A stretch of 50,394 bases of DNA from the NCBI GenBank assembly GCA_024688095.1, contig JAILEJ010000175.1:1-50394 (forward strand). Reading direction: 5' to 3'. A model generated the notes under the pieces. The model saw only the letters and a list, made by a program, of their open reading frames with translations, ran no database searches and had not been told where the DNA came from. Source of the stretch: Butyrivibrio sp. Lineage in GTDB: Bacteria > Bacillota > Clostridia > Lachnospirales > Lachnospiraceae. This document shows, one piece after another, positions 1 to 9,900 of this stretch (its first letter is position 1; each line of letters opens with the position of its first letter). The position numbers and the translations under genes are program-made.

Positions 1-1
1 G

Positions 2-169
2 CATTCATTTGAAGAGGCGGTAAACAGAGGAATTATAGATGGCGATTGTAAGGCTGGAGCAGTTATTACAAGGCAGGACTGTTATGCTGGTCTTGTAAGG
101 CTTATGGAACTTCTTGGCGTTCAGAATGAAGCTCTGCCGGGGGATGTTGAAGCACATCCGGTTGGATAA
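2..169 (+). CDS. 3' end of a CDS truncated by the window edge; C-terminus resembles a degenerate SLH domain
   Basis: Open frame from base 2 to TAA at 167-169: HSFEEAVNRGIIDGDCKAGAVITRQDCYAGLVRLMELLG... The GII.G and ITR motifs resemble SLH repeats. Confidence 0.55.
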   Translation, partial: HSFEEAVNRGIIDGDCKAGAVITRQDCYAGLVRLMELLGVQNEALPGDVEAHPVG

Positions 170-238
170 GAAATAAAAGATTTGCGTGACTTTTGGAACG
201 AAGTGACAAAAAGTTATATTTAAAGGATAGAGATAAAT

Positions 239-787
239 ATGAGTAGGATAGCAGTTTTTTTTCCTGGAATAGGGTATCACTGTGATAAACCACTTTTATA
301 TTATGGACGAGATGTTGCTATGGAATGTGGATATCAGGATCAGATAAGAGTTGAATACAGTTATGATGGAGGAAAAATCAGAGGAGATGCTGATAAAATG
401 CTTGAAGCTTTTAATACACTGTATTTAAAGGCTAGTAAGCAGTTGGATGAGATTGATTTTTCTATATATGATGATATATTGTTTGTTTCAAAGAGCATTG
501 GGACAGCAGTTTCGGCTAAATATGCTCAGGAAAAGCATATAGACTGTAAAAATGTTTTATATACTCCGCTGGAGCAGACGTTTGACTTTGAAATAAAAAA
601 TGCAATAGCTTTTACAGGCATGGCAGATCCCTGGGCAAATACAGATATTATTAAAGAAAAGAGTTCGGCAGCAGGAATTCCTTTATCCATTTATATGGAG
701 GCAAACCATTCTCTTGAAACTAAGGACACTATAACAAATCTTAAAATAATGATGGATGTTATGGATAAAACAAAAAGATTTATATAA
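239..787 (+). CDS. small alpha/beta-hydrolase fold protein
   Basis: 182 aa ORF. FPGIGY oxyanion-type loop, SKSIG nucleophile elbow, D in GMADPW and H in ANHSL fit a Ser-Asp-His triad. Confidence 0.75.
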   Translation: MSRIAVFFPGIGYHCDKPLLYYGRDVAMECGYQDQIRVEYSYDGGKIRGDADKMLEAFNTLYLKASKQLDEIDFSIYDDILFVSKSIGTAVSAKYAQEKHIDCKNVLYTPLEQTFDFEIKNAIAFTGMADPWANTDIIKEKSSAAGIPLSIYMEANHSLETKDTITNLKIMMDVMDKTKRFI

Positions 788-798
788 ACGATTGTAAT

Positions 799-845
799 AA
801 AAAAGAACCGCAAAATACCAGTTCAGGCATTTTGTGGTTCTTTTT
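799..845. terminator. bidirectional intrinsic terminator between convergent genes
   Basis: AAAAAAGAACCGCAAAAT...ATTTTGTGGTTCTTTTT inverted repeat flanked by A and T runs. Confidence 0.7.
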
Positions 846-2007
846 CCATATTTGTAAGATTTGTCTCATAATTCAATTTCTGGGCAAGATATAATATACC
901 AGCAATTTTTTGAATATCGTTGTTTTTATAGGATAGTCTCAACTCTTTGTCGATTTTCCTTTTACATAAACTATCCGGCATGGTTACTAGTAAATCTGAA
1001 GCCTGGAAGAAATAGGCTCTGTCAGGTCTTCCCAGACAGCTAAAAAGAAAATCGATTCCAGCAGTTTGTTTTTCTATAGGAAGAGCTTTGATAAGCTCTA
1101 TTCCATTGCAGACACAGTATTCATTACTATATTCATCGAGGATCATATATTTTGAAAGTTCATTCTGATTGTTCTTGACACTGCGTATTATTTTTTTCAT
1201 TTCTTTATCTGATAAGACTCTTCCAAAAATGGATTTATCTGAGAAATATCCGATTTTTTTGGAAATTTCTTTTTCCCATAAGTAACGGATTTTGCCCCAG
1301 TCAGCTTTGTCAAGTTCGTTTATTGGTCTTGAAAGAGCCTTTTGGAATGCCTGTTTGGTGTTATAGGGAAGCGGATTATAATTATAACCACGTTCTTTAA
1401 AAAACTTTTTTAGATCAGAATGTGCATCATCGGGTATATAGCCGTCATTTGGAAAGATTTTTATAGTTGAACCATCTATGGTATTTATTTCAGAGGAATA
1501 TGTTATTCCGCATATGAAATCAAGAGGGAGATAGGTATCCATAATGAGCAGCCAGTTACCGCTTTCGCTGATTTTTATATTTTTTGATCTGCTGCCATCC
1601 CTGTATATATATTTATGAAAGGTCTCGTTTTTGATAAAATCGTTTATCTGTTTTTCGCCAAATAGTTTTCCAAAATGTGGTGTCATCTGATATATAGGGG
1701 ATTTGTCAGAATCGGAAAGTCTTCTTATGGTACGGATTTTATGTTTTAATCTGGCGAAGGGAGTATTGGTCAGAAAATATACAAAAAGTATTATCAGTGC
1801 AAAAAATAGAATCAGAGAAGCAACAAGTGTAAGTGTAGAATTGTGAAATCTTTCATCTAAATAATAAATAGAGACTCCCACAATTACTCCTATAGCAACA
1901 AATAAAACCGCATATATTGATATGATTAGAAAAAAATAAAGGATTATACCAATTATTTTTACAAATATATTATGGTGATTTATTAGCTTGTCGATTAAAT
2001 TAAACAT
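823..2007 (-). CDS. hypothetical membrane-anchored protein
   Basis: 394 aa ORF with two N-terminal hydrophobic stretches and a soluble remainder. AAAGGA upstream. No family recognised. Confidence 0.7.
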   Translation of the reverse strand: MFNLIDKLINHHNIFVKIIGIILYFFLIISIYAVLFVAIGVIVGVSIYYLDERFHNSTLTLVASLILFFALIILFVYFLTNTPFARLKHKIRTIRRLSDSDKSPIYQMTPHFGKLFGEKQINDFIKNETFHKYIYRDGSRSKNIKISESGNWLLIMDTYLPLDFICGITYSSEINTIDGSTIKIFPNDGYIPDDAHSDLKKFFKERGYNYNPLPYNTKQAFQKALSRPINELDKADWGKIRYLWEKEISKKIGYFSDKSIFGRVLSDKEMKKIIRSVKNNQNELSKYMILDEYSNEYCVCNGIELIKALPIEKQTAGIDFLFSCLGRPDRAYFFQASDLLVTMPDSLCKRKIDKELRLSYKNNDIQKIAGILYLAQKLNYETNLTNMEKEPQNA

Positions 2008-2048
2008 AAAAATCCTTTATCTATCATATTTAAAGTATTTACAGGTAC

Positions 2049-2084
2049 AAAAAAAGCGTAAATCCAAATTGTGGATCTACGCTT
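2049..2084 (-). terminator. intrinsic terminator of tRNA-Trp
   Basis: Minus strand reads AAGCGTAGATCCA-CAATT-TGGATTTACGCTT followed by a T run. Confidence 0.8.
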
Positions 2085-2086
2085 GA

Positions 2087-2158
2087 CAGGGGACGAGAGA
2101 TTCGAACTCCCATGAACGGTTTTGGAGACCGTCATACTAGCCATTGTATGAGTCCCCT
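2087..2158 (-). tRNA. tRNA-Trp (anticodon CCA), 3' CCA not encoded
   Basis: Reverse complement folds as AGGGGAC TC ATAC AATGGCTA GTAT G ACGGT CTCCAAA ACCGT TCAT GGGAG TTCGAAT CTCTC GTCCCCT G. Confidence 0.95.
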
Positions 2159-2178
2159 CTGTCTGCTCAACGAGTTGT

Positions 2179-2208
2179 ATTATAGCATAGTTAGTTTTAG
2201 TTTAGCAA
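2179..2208 (-). promoter_or_regulatory. sigma-A promoter of tRNA-Trp
   Basis: TTGCTA-18 bp-TATAAT with TGn extension on the minus strand. Confidence 0.7.
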
Positions 2209-2240
2209 TACATTTTTTAAAAAAAATTATATTATTTTAT

Positions 2241-2252
2241 GGAAACGTTTCC
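2241..2252. promoter_or_regulatory. LacI/GalR-family operator upstream of the amylase
   Basis: Perfect palindrome GGAAACGTTTCC with the central AACGTT core typical of LacI-family sites, just upstream of a TATAGT -10-like box (2263-2268). Confidence 0.7.
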
Positions 2253-2322
2253 GGTAATGATGTATAGTGTATTTAGGTATTTTTAATCAAATAAAAAGGG
2301 AGTTATTTGGAAAGAAGGGGCT

Positions 2323-4101
2323 ATGAAAAAGAAGAATACGTTACTTATTGCAATTGCGGCAGTTTTTATGATGGCTGCGTGTGGAAAAGAGCAGACAACA
2401 GAAAAGAGCAGTGAAGAGGATCAGCATATTGAGAAAGATGCAGGAGTAAGTACTGATAATCAACAAAATGAAGAAGCTGATGGAAGTGATTTTGGGAATT
2501 CACAGGATACTGGTATAACAGAATCCGAAAATAAGCTGTCTCAGATGCAGGAAATAAATGATGTTGCAGAGCTAAATGTAATTGATGACAAATACAGAAC
2601 CTGCTATGAAGTATTTGTATATTCATTTTGCGATAGTGATGGTGATGGAATAGGAGATATTGAGGGACTTATTTCAAAACTTGATTATATTAATGATGGG
2701 GATGATTCTACAAATACTGATCTTGGTTTTAATGAAATATGGCTTATGCCGGTATGTCCATCTACTACTTATCATAAATATGATGTTACAGATTATATGG
2801 ATATTGATCCGGAATATGGATCACTTGAAGATTTTGACAGACTTATTGAGGAGTGTCATAAAAGGGGAATTAATGTAATCATGGATATGGTTATGAATCA
2901 TTCTTCTGACCAGCATCCATGGTTTATAGAGGCAGCAGAGTATTTAAGGGGATTAGAAGATGGCGAAGAACCTGATGCATCTGTATGTCCTTACGTAGAT
3001 TATTATAATTTTACAAAGGAATCCCAGACAGGCTATGAAAAGCTCGCAGGAACTGACTGGTATTATGAAGCAAGATTCTGGTCAGGAATGCCTGATTTTA
3101 ATCTTGATAATGAAGATGTAAAAGAAGAATTTAAAGATATAGTAGCCTTTTGGACAGACAGAGGTGTTGATGGCTTTAGAATGGATGCAGTGACTTCATA
3201 CTATACAGATAATGATACACAGAATATAGAAACTCTTAAATGGTTTGTAGATATGGCAAGAGAGATTGATCCTGATGTATATGTTGTTGCAGAAGGCTGG
3301 GATAATATAAAGACTTTTTCAAAGTATTATGAGAGCGGAATTGACAGTATGTTCAACTTTGACTATACAGGTAGTGAAGGAAAGATAGCCAAGCTTGCAA
3401 GGGGTAAATATTCTGCACTTAATTTTGCCAGGTCACTTATTGATATTGATGAACTGTTTTCTTCATATAATGAAAATTATATAGATGCACCTTTTTATAC
3501 AAACCATGATATGGCAAGAAGCGCAGGCTTTTATAATGGCCCAGATGCAATGGAATGTACAAAGCTTGCAGGAGCACTTAATCTTATGATGAGCGGAAAT
3601 GCATTCGTATATTATGGAGAAGAACTTGGAATGAAGGGTTCTGGCAAAGATGAAAACTATAGGGCTCCTATGCAGTGGGGAGAAAATGATGAAGGAATGT
3701 GTGACGGCCCTGATGCTATGGATGATATAGAAATGACATATGGAAGCTATGAATCACAGGCAGATGATCCATATTCTATTTTTAATTATTATAAAGAAGC
3801 TATAAGAATAAGAAATATGTATCCTGAAATTGCACGAGGAAAGGTCAGTATTATGGATGGACTCTGCGATGATGATATTCTTGCAATAAAGAAAACCTAC
3901 ACTGATGAGGATGGAAACGAGTCTTTTGTATATATTATTTTAAATACTTTGGATGATACTGCAGAAGTTGACCTTACAGGAAGTGAAGGAGAAGGATGTG
4001 GTCTTGGAGCGGTTCTGATTACATCTGAGGGTGAGGTGACTCTTGATGAGAATAAGCTTACACTTCCTTCTAAGGCTATGGCTGTTCTTGCCACTGACTG
4101 A
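2323..4101 (+). CDS. lipoprotein alpha-amylase, glycoside hydrolase family 13
   Basis: Lipobox MMAAC, acidic linker, and GH13 regions DMVMNH, GFRMDAV (nucleophile), VAEGW (acid/base) and FYTNHD. Confidence 0.92.
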   Translation: MKKKNTLLIAIAAVFMMAACGKEQTTEKSSEEDQHIEKDAGVSTDNQQNEEADGSDFGNSQDTGITESENKLSQMQEINDVAELNVIDDKYRTCYEVFVYSFCDSDGDGIGDIEGLISKLDYINDGDDSTNTDLGFNEIWLMPVCPSTTYHKYDVTDYMDIDPEYGSLEDFDRLIEECHKRGINVIMDMVMNHSSDQHPWFIEAAEYLRGLEDGEEPDASVCPYVDYYNFTKESQTGYEKLAGTDWYYEARFWSGMPDFNLDNEDVKEEFKDIVAFWTDRGVDGFRMDAVTSYYTDNDTQNIETLKWFVDMAREIDPDVYVVAEGWDNIKTFSKYYESGIDSMFNFDYTGSEGKIAKLARGKYSALNFARSLIDIDELFSSYNENYIDAPFYTNHDMARSAGFYNGPDAMECTKLAGALNLMMSGNAFVYYGEELGMKGSGKDENYRAPMQWGENDEGMCDGPDAMDDIEMTYGSYESQADDPYSIFNYYKEAIRIRNMYPEIARGKVSIMDGLCDDDILAIKKTYTDEDGNESFVYIILNTLDDTAEVDLTGSEGEGCGLGAVLITSEGEVTLDENKLTLPSKAMAVLATD

Positions 4102-4160
4102 TAATTTTAGAAAAAGAAGTTCTGATTTTACTGTGGCCTATAAAAATGAGGGATTTAGTA

Positions 4161-4934
4161 ATGAATAAAGAATATAAGAATTATATATTTGATTTGTATG
4201 GAACACTTATAGATATACATACAGATGAAACAAAAAAGAAATTCTGGAAGCAGATTGCGGATATCTATGCGGAAAATGGAGCACTTTATAAGCCAGGTGA
4301 ATTAAGAGAAAAATATATTCAGCTTGTAAAGGAAGAGGAACAGAAGATAACCCTTGAAAAGGGCTACAAATATCCGGAGATAAAGTTAGAAACAGTATTT
4401 GCAAGGTTATTAAAAAAAGACTTTCCGGAGGCGAAAAAAGAGGATATTGAAGTTCTTCAAAACAGCAGACTTGTACAGAATATTGCAGCCTCTTTTAGAA
4501 AATTTTCAAGAACAAAGCTGGAGGTTTATCCATATACAATAGAACTGCTTCAAAGACTGAAGGACGATGGGAAAAAGATCTATCTTCTTTCAAATGCCCA
4601 GCATTTATTTACACTTCCTGAAATGGATAGCTGTGGAATTACTGGATTTTTTGATGGCATATATATATCCTCTTTAAAAGGGATGAAGAAACCTCAACCG
4701 GAATTTATTGAAAGCCTTATTCTGGAATACAACATGAATAAAGCCGAGAGTGTAATGATAGGAAATGATCTTTTTAGTGATATTGGAAGTGCAATGTCAG
4801 CCGGAGTGGATGGGATTTTTTTAAATAATTATAATGATACTCCGGAAAAGATAAAAAAGACCTATAAAGAATTATGCAATAAATATAATTCAGAAAGCAC
4901 AATATATCTTGAGGGAGAAAAAGTTTTGCTATAA
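4161..4934 (+). CDS. HAD-superfamily hydrolase
   Basis: FDLYGTL motif I, LLSN motif II, KKPQP and MIGND. Start placed at ATG 4161 after GAGGGA (the ORF track starts at 4146). Confidence 0.88.
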   Translation: MNKEYKNYIFDLYGTLIDIHTDETKKKFWKQIADIYAENGALYKPGELREKYIQLVKEEEQKITLEKGYKYPEIKLETVFARLLKKDFPEAKKEDIEVLQNSRLVQNIAASFRKFSRTKLEVYPYTIELLQRLKDDGKKIYLLSNAQHLFTLPEMDSCGITGFFDGIYISSLKGMKKPQPEFIESLILEYNMNKAESVMIGNDLFSDIGSAMSAGVDGIFLNNYNDTPEKIKKTYKELCNKYNSESTIYLEGEKVLL

Positions 4935-4997
4935 AAAATCCCCGAAATTGGATTCTGCTTGTGATTAAAGCAATAGCCAGTTTCGGGGTGCTTTTTT
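4933..4997. terminator. bidirectional terminator between HAD and VanZ-family genes
   Basis: CCCCGAAATTGG...CCAGTTTCGGGG stem with an A run before and a T run after. Confidence 0.65.
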
Positions 4998-5580
4998 ATG
5001 TATGTGAATATTTCCTTTTCCCTTTTTTCTTTATTTTGTCAGAAGAATTGCTTAACGGCTTAAATATTGTCATTCTGCCTGTCCATCCAACTATTCTTGT
5101 TACTATTATTCCGGCAAAGATTCCAATACTGTCAATGGCAACATCTCTTTTGGATGGGGATCTTCCTGAGATAAAGGACTGATGATATTCATCGAGTCCG
5201 GCATAACCCACACAGACTGCTCCGGCTACAAGAACAAGCCAGAAACCTCTTAGGCCATAAACATATAAAGGAAAAGCAACTGATACAGCAAGAAGAAAAT
5301 ATTCTGTAATATGCGCAGCCTTTCTTATGTAAAACTGTGAATTTTGCGACATTATAGATATTTGCTGAAGGCTCCAGCCTTTATCAAGTGCATCATTTGC
5401 AACTGAATATACCTTTACACCAACTGTATAGGACAATGAGCCGCTTTGGTCTGCATCCATCTCAGAAAAGTTAAATATAAGACACATCATTATGATTGCC
5501 GGTATGAAAGACATTGGCTTTAAAACAACGCGCAGTGTCTGTTTTATATACATCCATAAATAATAAAAAAATTTTTTCAT
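4996..5580 (-). CDS. VanZ-family membrane protein
   Basis: IRKAAHITEY and DEYHQSFISGRSPSKRDVAIDSIG motifs, several TM segments. Confidence 0.88.
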   Translation of the reverse strand: MKKFFYYLWMYIKQTLRVVLKPMSFIPAIIMMCLIFNFSEMDADQSGSLSYTVGVKVYSVANDALDKGWSLQQISIMSQNSQFYIRKAAHITEYFLLAVSVAFPLYVYGLRGFWLVLVAGAVCVGYAGLDEYHQSFISGRSPSKRDVAIDSIGIFAGIIVTRIVGWTGRMTIFKPLSNSSDKIKKKGKRKYSHT

Positions 5581-5696
5581 ACCAATTAGTTTAACTCAAA
5601 AAGCAATGATAGTAAACTGTACTTTTTAACGTTAAATTGTTATAATTTACACACAGCTGTTAATTATAACAGATTTGTCTGAAAGGAGATGAGGCT

Positions 5697-6152
5697 ATGG
5701 AAAATGAAGAGATTCGTGAGAATAGTGTTCCTGATATTTTAGAAAGATATACACAGGATGTAATGAGTCTGGTGCCTTATCTGAATTATTTTGAAATGCA
5801 TGTTAATGCGCAGGTTTCACAGACATATAACAATAGTGATATAGCTCATTCAATGCCATTTCCTGTATATGATGCAACGCTTATGGATTTTGTTAAGCAT
5901 GCAGAAAATACTAAAATGATTGATAGAAATTATGTTTATGTATACAGTAGAAACAGAATTCAGACGCCCAAGGATGAACTTATGTTTATTGACGATGCTG
6001 AGATAAAGGATATGGATGATCTTGCAGGTATATTGTCAAAATATATTATCGAAGGCAGAACAAAAGGCGGCGTATGGGCACAGGGTGTTAATAACGGCGT
6101 GTATTACAAACTTATTTCAAAAATGCAAGAACTGATAAAAAAATGGAGCTAA
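5697..6152 (+). CDS. hypothetical protein (C-terminal half loosely DUF6508-like)
   Basis: 151 aa ORF with strong RBS AAGGAG. The family resemblance is weak and from memory only. Confidence 0.7.
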   Translation: MENEEIRENSVPDILERYTQDVMSLVPYLNYFEMHVNAQVSQTYNNSDIAHSMPFPVYDATLMDFVKHAENTKMIDRNYVYVYSRNRIQTPKDELMFIDDAEIKDMDDLAGILSKYIIEGRTKGGVWAQGVNNGVYYKLISKMQELIKKWS

Positions 6153-6277
6153 ATCCATATAGTATTGACATTTTAAACAAAATTAAAAAAAATTCATACT
6201 AACACTTGTTTACAGAGATTTTTTTGGGTAATATATTTAAGATATATTTGGTTACGATATGTAACTTGAGGGGTGAT

Positions 6278-6880
6278 ATGGGAGATACTACGAAATCTGC
6301 TCAGAAGCGAAAATATATCATAGAAAAGGCCAGAGAGGTATTTGCCTCAAAGGGATATAAGACAGTAACTATGAAAGATATAGTTGATGCCTGCGATATC
6401 AGCAGGGGAGGTCTTTATCTCTACTTTGGAAGCACAGCAGAGATATTCATGGCTGTTCTTAATTCTGAAGTTGATGAGGATGACGATGAGGCAATTGACA
6501 GAGCACTTAAAAATGATGCATCTGCAGGAGATATGCTGGCACTTTTTTTGAAAGAGCAAAAGAAGACAATTCTTAAGAAAAAGAATAATTTGACATTTGC
6601 CACTTATGAGTATTTTTCAGAGAACAGAGTTTCTCCGGCTGATAATCCTATAAGAACACAATTTGAGACAGCAGTCAGAATTGTTGAGAGGCTTATCGAA
6701 AATGGAATGGAAAGTGAAGAGTTTTATTGCGAAGATCCAATGGGATGTGCTCGCAATTTAATGTATGTAATCGAGGGTTTGAAAGTGACAAGTAGTACGA
6801 TGGGAATTACAGAAGAAATGATAGATCGCGAATTGATGTATGTTTTAAAGGGGTTAGTTCCCTATGAAGCTGAATATTAA
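6278..6880 (+). CDS. TetR/AcrR-family transcriptional regulator
   Basis: HTH signature AREVFASKGYKTVTMKDIVDACDISRGGLYLYF. Start placed at ATG 6278 after GAGGGGTG. Confidence 0.92.
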   Translation: MGDTTKSAQKRKYIIEKAREVFASKGYKTVTMKDIVDACDISRGGLYLYFGSTAEIFMAVLNSEVDEDDDEAIDRALKNDASAGDMLALFLKEQKKTILKKKNNLTFATYEYFSENRVSPADNPIRTQFETAVRIVERLIENGMESEEFYCEDPMGCARNLMYVIEGLKVTSSTMGITEEMIDRELMYVLKGLVPYEAEY

Positions 6881-6888
6881 TGTTATTT

Positions 6889-6926
6889 AAAGGTACTTCT
6901 ATTAATTGTTGAAGTGCCTTTTTTTT
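6889..6926 (+). terminator. intrinsic terminator after the TetR gene
   Basis: AAAGGTACTTC...GAAGTGCCTTT followed by a T run. Confidence 0.7.
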
Positions 6927-6988
6927 AGGATATTCAGGATATTTGAATATCCAGGCATATAAAGCAAGGAGAAAGCAAAGGAGATATT

Positions 6989-9900
6989 ATGAGCGTAAGA
7001 AGAGTTTATGTTGAAAAAAAGGCACCTTTTGCCGGAAAAGCTAAGGAACTCAGACATGAGATCAAGAGCTATCTTGGAATTAAAAGCGTGCAGGAGGTAA
7101 GGATCTTTATCAGATATGATGTCGAAAATGTTTCTGATGAAGTATTTGAAAAAGCTTGCACTACAGTTTTCTCAGAACCACCTGTAGATATTTTATATCA
7201 TGAGAATATAGATATACCTGAAGGCGCTAAGGTATTTAGCATTGAAGCTCTTCCGGGACAGTTCGATCAGAGAGCTGATTCAGCAGCACAGTGTATTAGA
7301 TTTATCAAAGGGGATGAGGATCCAATCGTTAAGAGTGCTGTTACTTATATGCTCATAGGTGATATTACAGAAGATGAGCTTTCAAAGATTGAAGACTACA
7401 CAATGAACCCTGTAGATTCAAGACTTTGCTCATTAGATAAACCCGAAACACTTGTAGAGAACTATGATGAACCTGAAGATGTTAAGGTTCTTGATGGTTT
7501 TAAGGATATGCCTGAAGAGGAACTTAGAAAGCTCTATGATTCACTTGGTCTTGCTATGACCTTCAATGATTTCAAGTGGATACAGAATTATTTTGTATCA
7601 GATGAGCACAGAGATCCTACAATGACAGAAATAAGGGTATTTGATACCTACTGGTCAGATCACTGCCGTCATACAACATTTGGTACAGAGCTTAAGGATA
7701 TTACTTTTGGCGAAGGCTTCTACAAGAAACCTATTGAGGATACATATAACAGATATCTTATTTCAAGAGATGAAGTATATGCTGATCCTGACAAGAAAAA
7801 AGAAAAGTTTATCTGTCTGATGGATCTTGCACTTATGGGTATGAAAAAACTCAAAGCAGATGGAAAGCTTACAGATATGGAAAAATCAGAAGAGAACAAT
7901 GCATGTACAGTAGTTGTTCCTGTTGAAGTAGATTATGGACAGGGAAAGGTTACTGAGAACTGGCTTGTATTCTTCAAGAATGAAACACATAACCATCCTA
8001 CAGAAATAGAGCCTTTTGGTGGTGCTGCAACATGTCTTGGCGGTGCTATCAGAGATCCGCTTTCAGGAAGAGGATATGTATATCAGGCTATGCGTGTTAC
8101 CGGTGCAGCTGATCCTACAGTTCCTGTATCAGAAACACTTAAAGGAAAGCTTTCACAGAAGAGACTTGTTCGTGGTGCTGCTTCAGGATATTCATCTTAT
8201 GGTAATCAGATTGGTCTTGCTACAGGATATGTAAAAGAAGTATATCATCCTAATTACGTTGCAAAACGTATGGAGATTGGTGCAGTTATGGGTGCTGCTC
8301 CACAGGAGCATGTAATCAGAGAAAGTTCTGATCCTGGAGATATTATTGTACTTCTTGGCGGACGTACAGGTAGAGATGGCTGCGGTGGAGCTACAGGTTC
8401 ATCTAAGGCTCATACAAGTTCATCACTTACAACTTGTGGTGCAGAAGTTCAGAAGGGTAATGCTCCTACAGAGCGTAAGCTTCAGAGACTCTTTAGAAGA
8501 CCTGAAGTAAGTGAACTTATCAAGAAGTGTAATGACTTTGGTGCAGGCGGCGTTTCAGTAGCTATTGGAGAACTTGCTGATGGACTTGATATAAATCTTG
8601 ACCTTGTACCAAAGAAATATGCAGGTCTTGATGGAACAGAACTTGCTATTTCAGAGTCTCAGGAGAGAATGGCAGTAGTTGTTGATCCTAAGAATGTCGA
8701 TCAGTTCCTTGAATATGCTGCAGAAGAAAACCTTGAAGCTGTTAAGGTTGCAGTTGTTACTGAAGAACCAAGACTTGTACTTAACTGGAGAGGAAAGAAG
8801 ATCGTTAATGTTAAGAGATCTTTCCTTGATACAAATGGTGCTCATCAGGAGACAACAGTTAAGGTTAATATTCCTTCAAAGGAAGATAATTATTTTGATA
8901 AGATTGCTTCAAAGGATGCTGAGAAAGCACTTGAAGCTGGTGATATTAAAGCGGCATGGGTATCTGAAATGTCAGACCTTAATGTATGTTCACAGAAGGG
9001 CCTTGTTGAAATGTTTGACTCTTCAATTGGTGCTGGTTCAACACTTATGCCTTATGGCGGAAAATATCAGCTTACTGAACAGCAGCAGATGGTCGCAAAA
9101 CTTCCTGTACTTAAGGGTAAGACAGATACAGTTACAATGATGGCTTATGGATTTGATCCTTATATTTCAAGCTGGAGTCCATATCATGGTGCAGTTTATG
9201 CTGTAACAGAATCAGTTGCAAGAATAGTTGCAGGTGGCGGTGATTATAAGAAACTTCATTTCACATTCCAGGAATACTTTAAACGTATGTCTGAAGATCC
9301 TGAAAGATGGAGTGATCCTTTCACAGCTCTTCTTGGTTCTTATGATGCACAGCTTGGATTTGGAATTGCATCTATAGGTGGTAAGGATTCAATGTCAGGA
9401 ACATTTAATGAAATAAACGTTCCTCCAACACTTGTTTCTTTTGCTGTAGATATTGCAAAGCAGTCTGATATTGTAACATCTGAACTTAAGAAAGCAGGAA
9501 ATAAGCTTGTAGAATTTAAGATTACAAAGGATGAATATGATCTTCCAGTATATGAGAAGGTTATGGAACTTTACAGCAGAATAATTGATCTTATGAGAGA
9601 TAAGACAATTGTTTCAGCTTATGCACTTGACAGCTATGGTATTGCTGCAGCTGTTTCAAAGATGGCATTTGGTAATGAAAAGGGTGTAATCCTTGAATCT
9701 TCAATAGATGCAAAAGAATACTTCACAAATGGAATGGGTAATATCGTTGCAGAAGTTGATACTGCAAATCTTGGAAAAGCACTTGCTGCAGGCGGAAGAG
9801 TTGTTGGTGAAGTTACTGACAGCTTTGAATTTACATACAAGGATGTTAAGATTAGCGGAACAGAGCTTCTTGACAGCTGGAAGGAAAAACTTGAAAAGGT

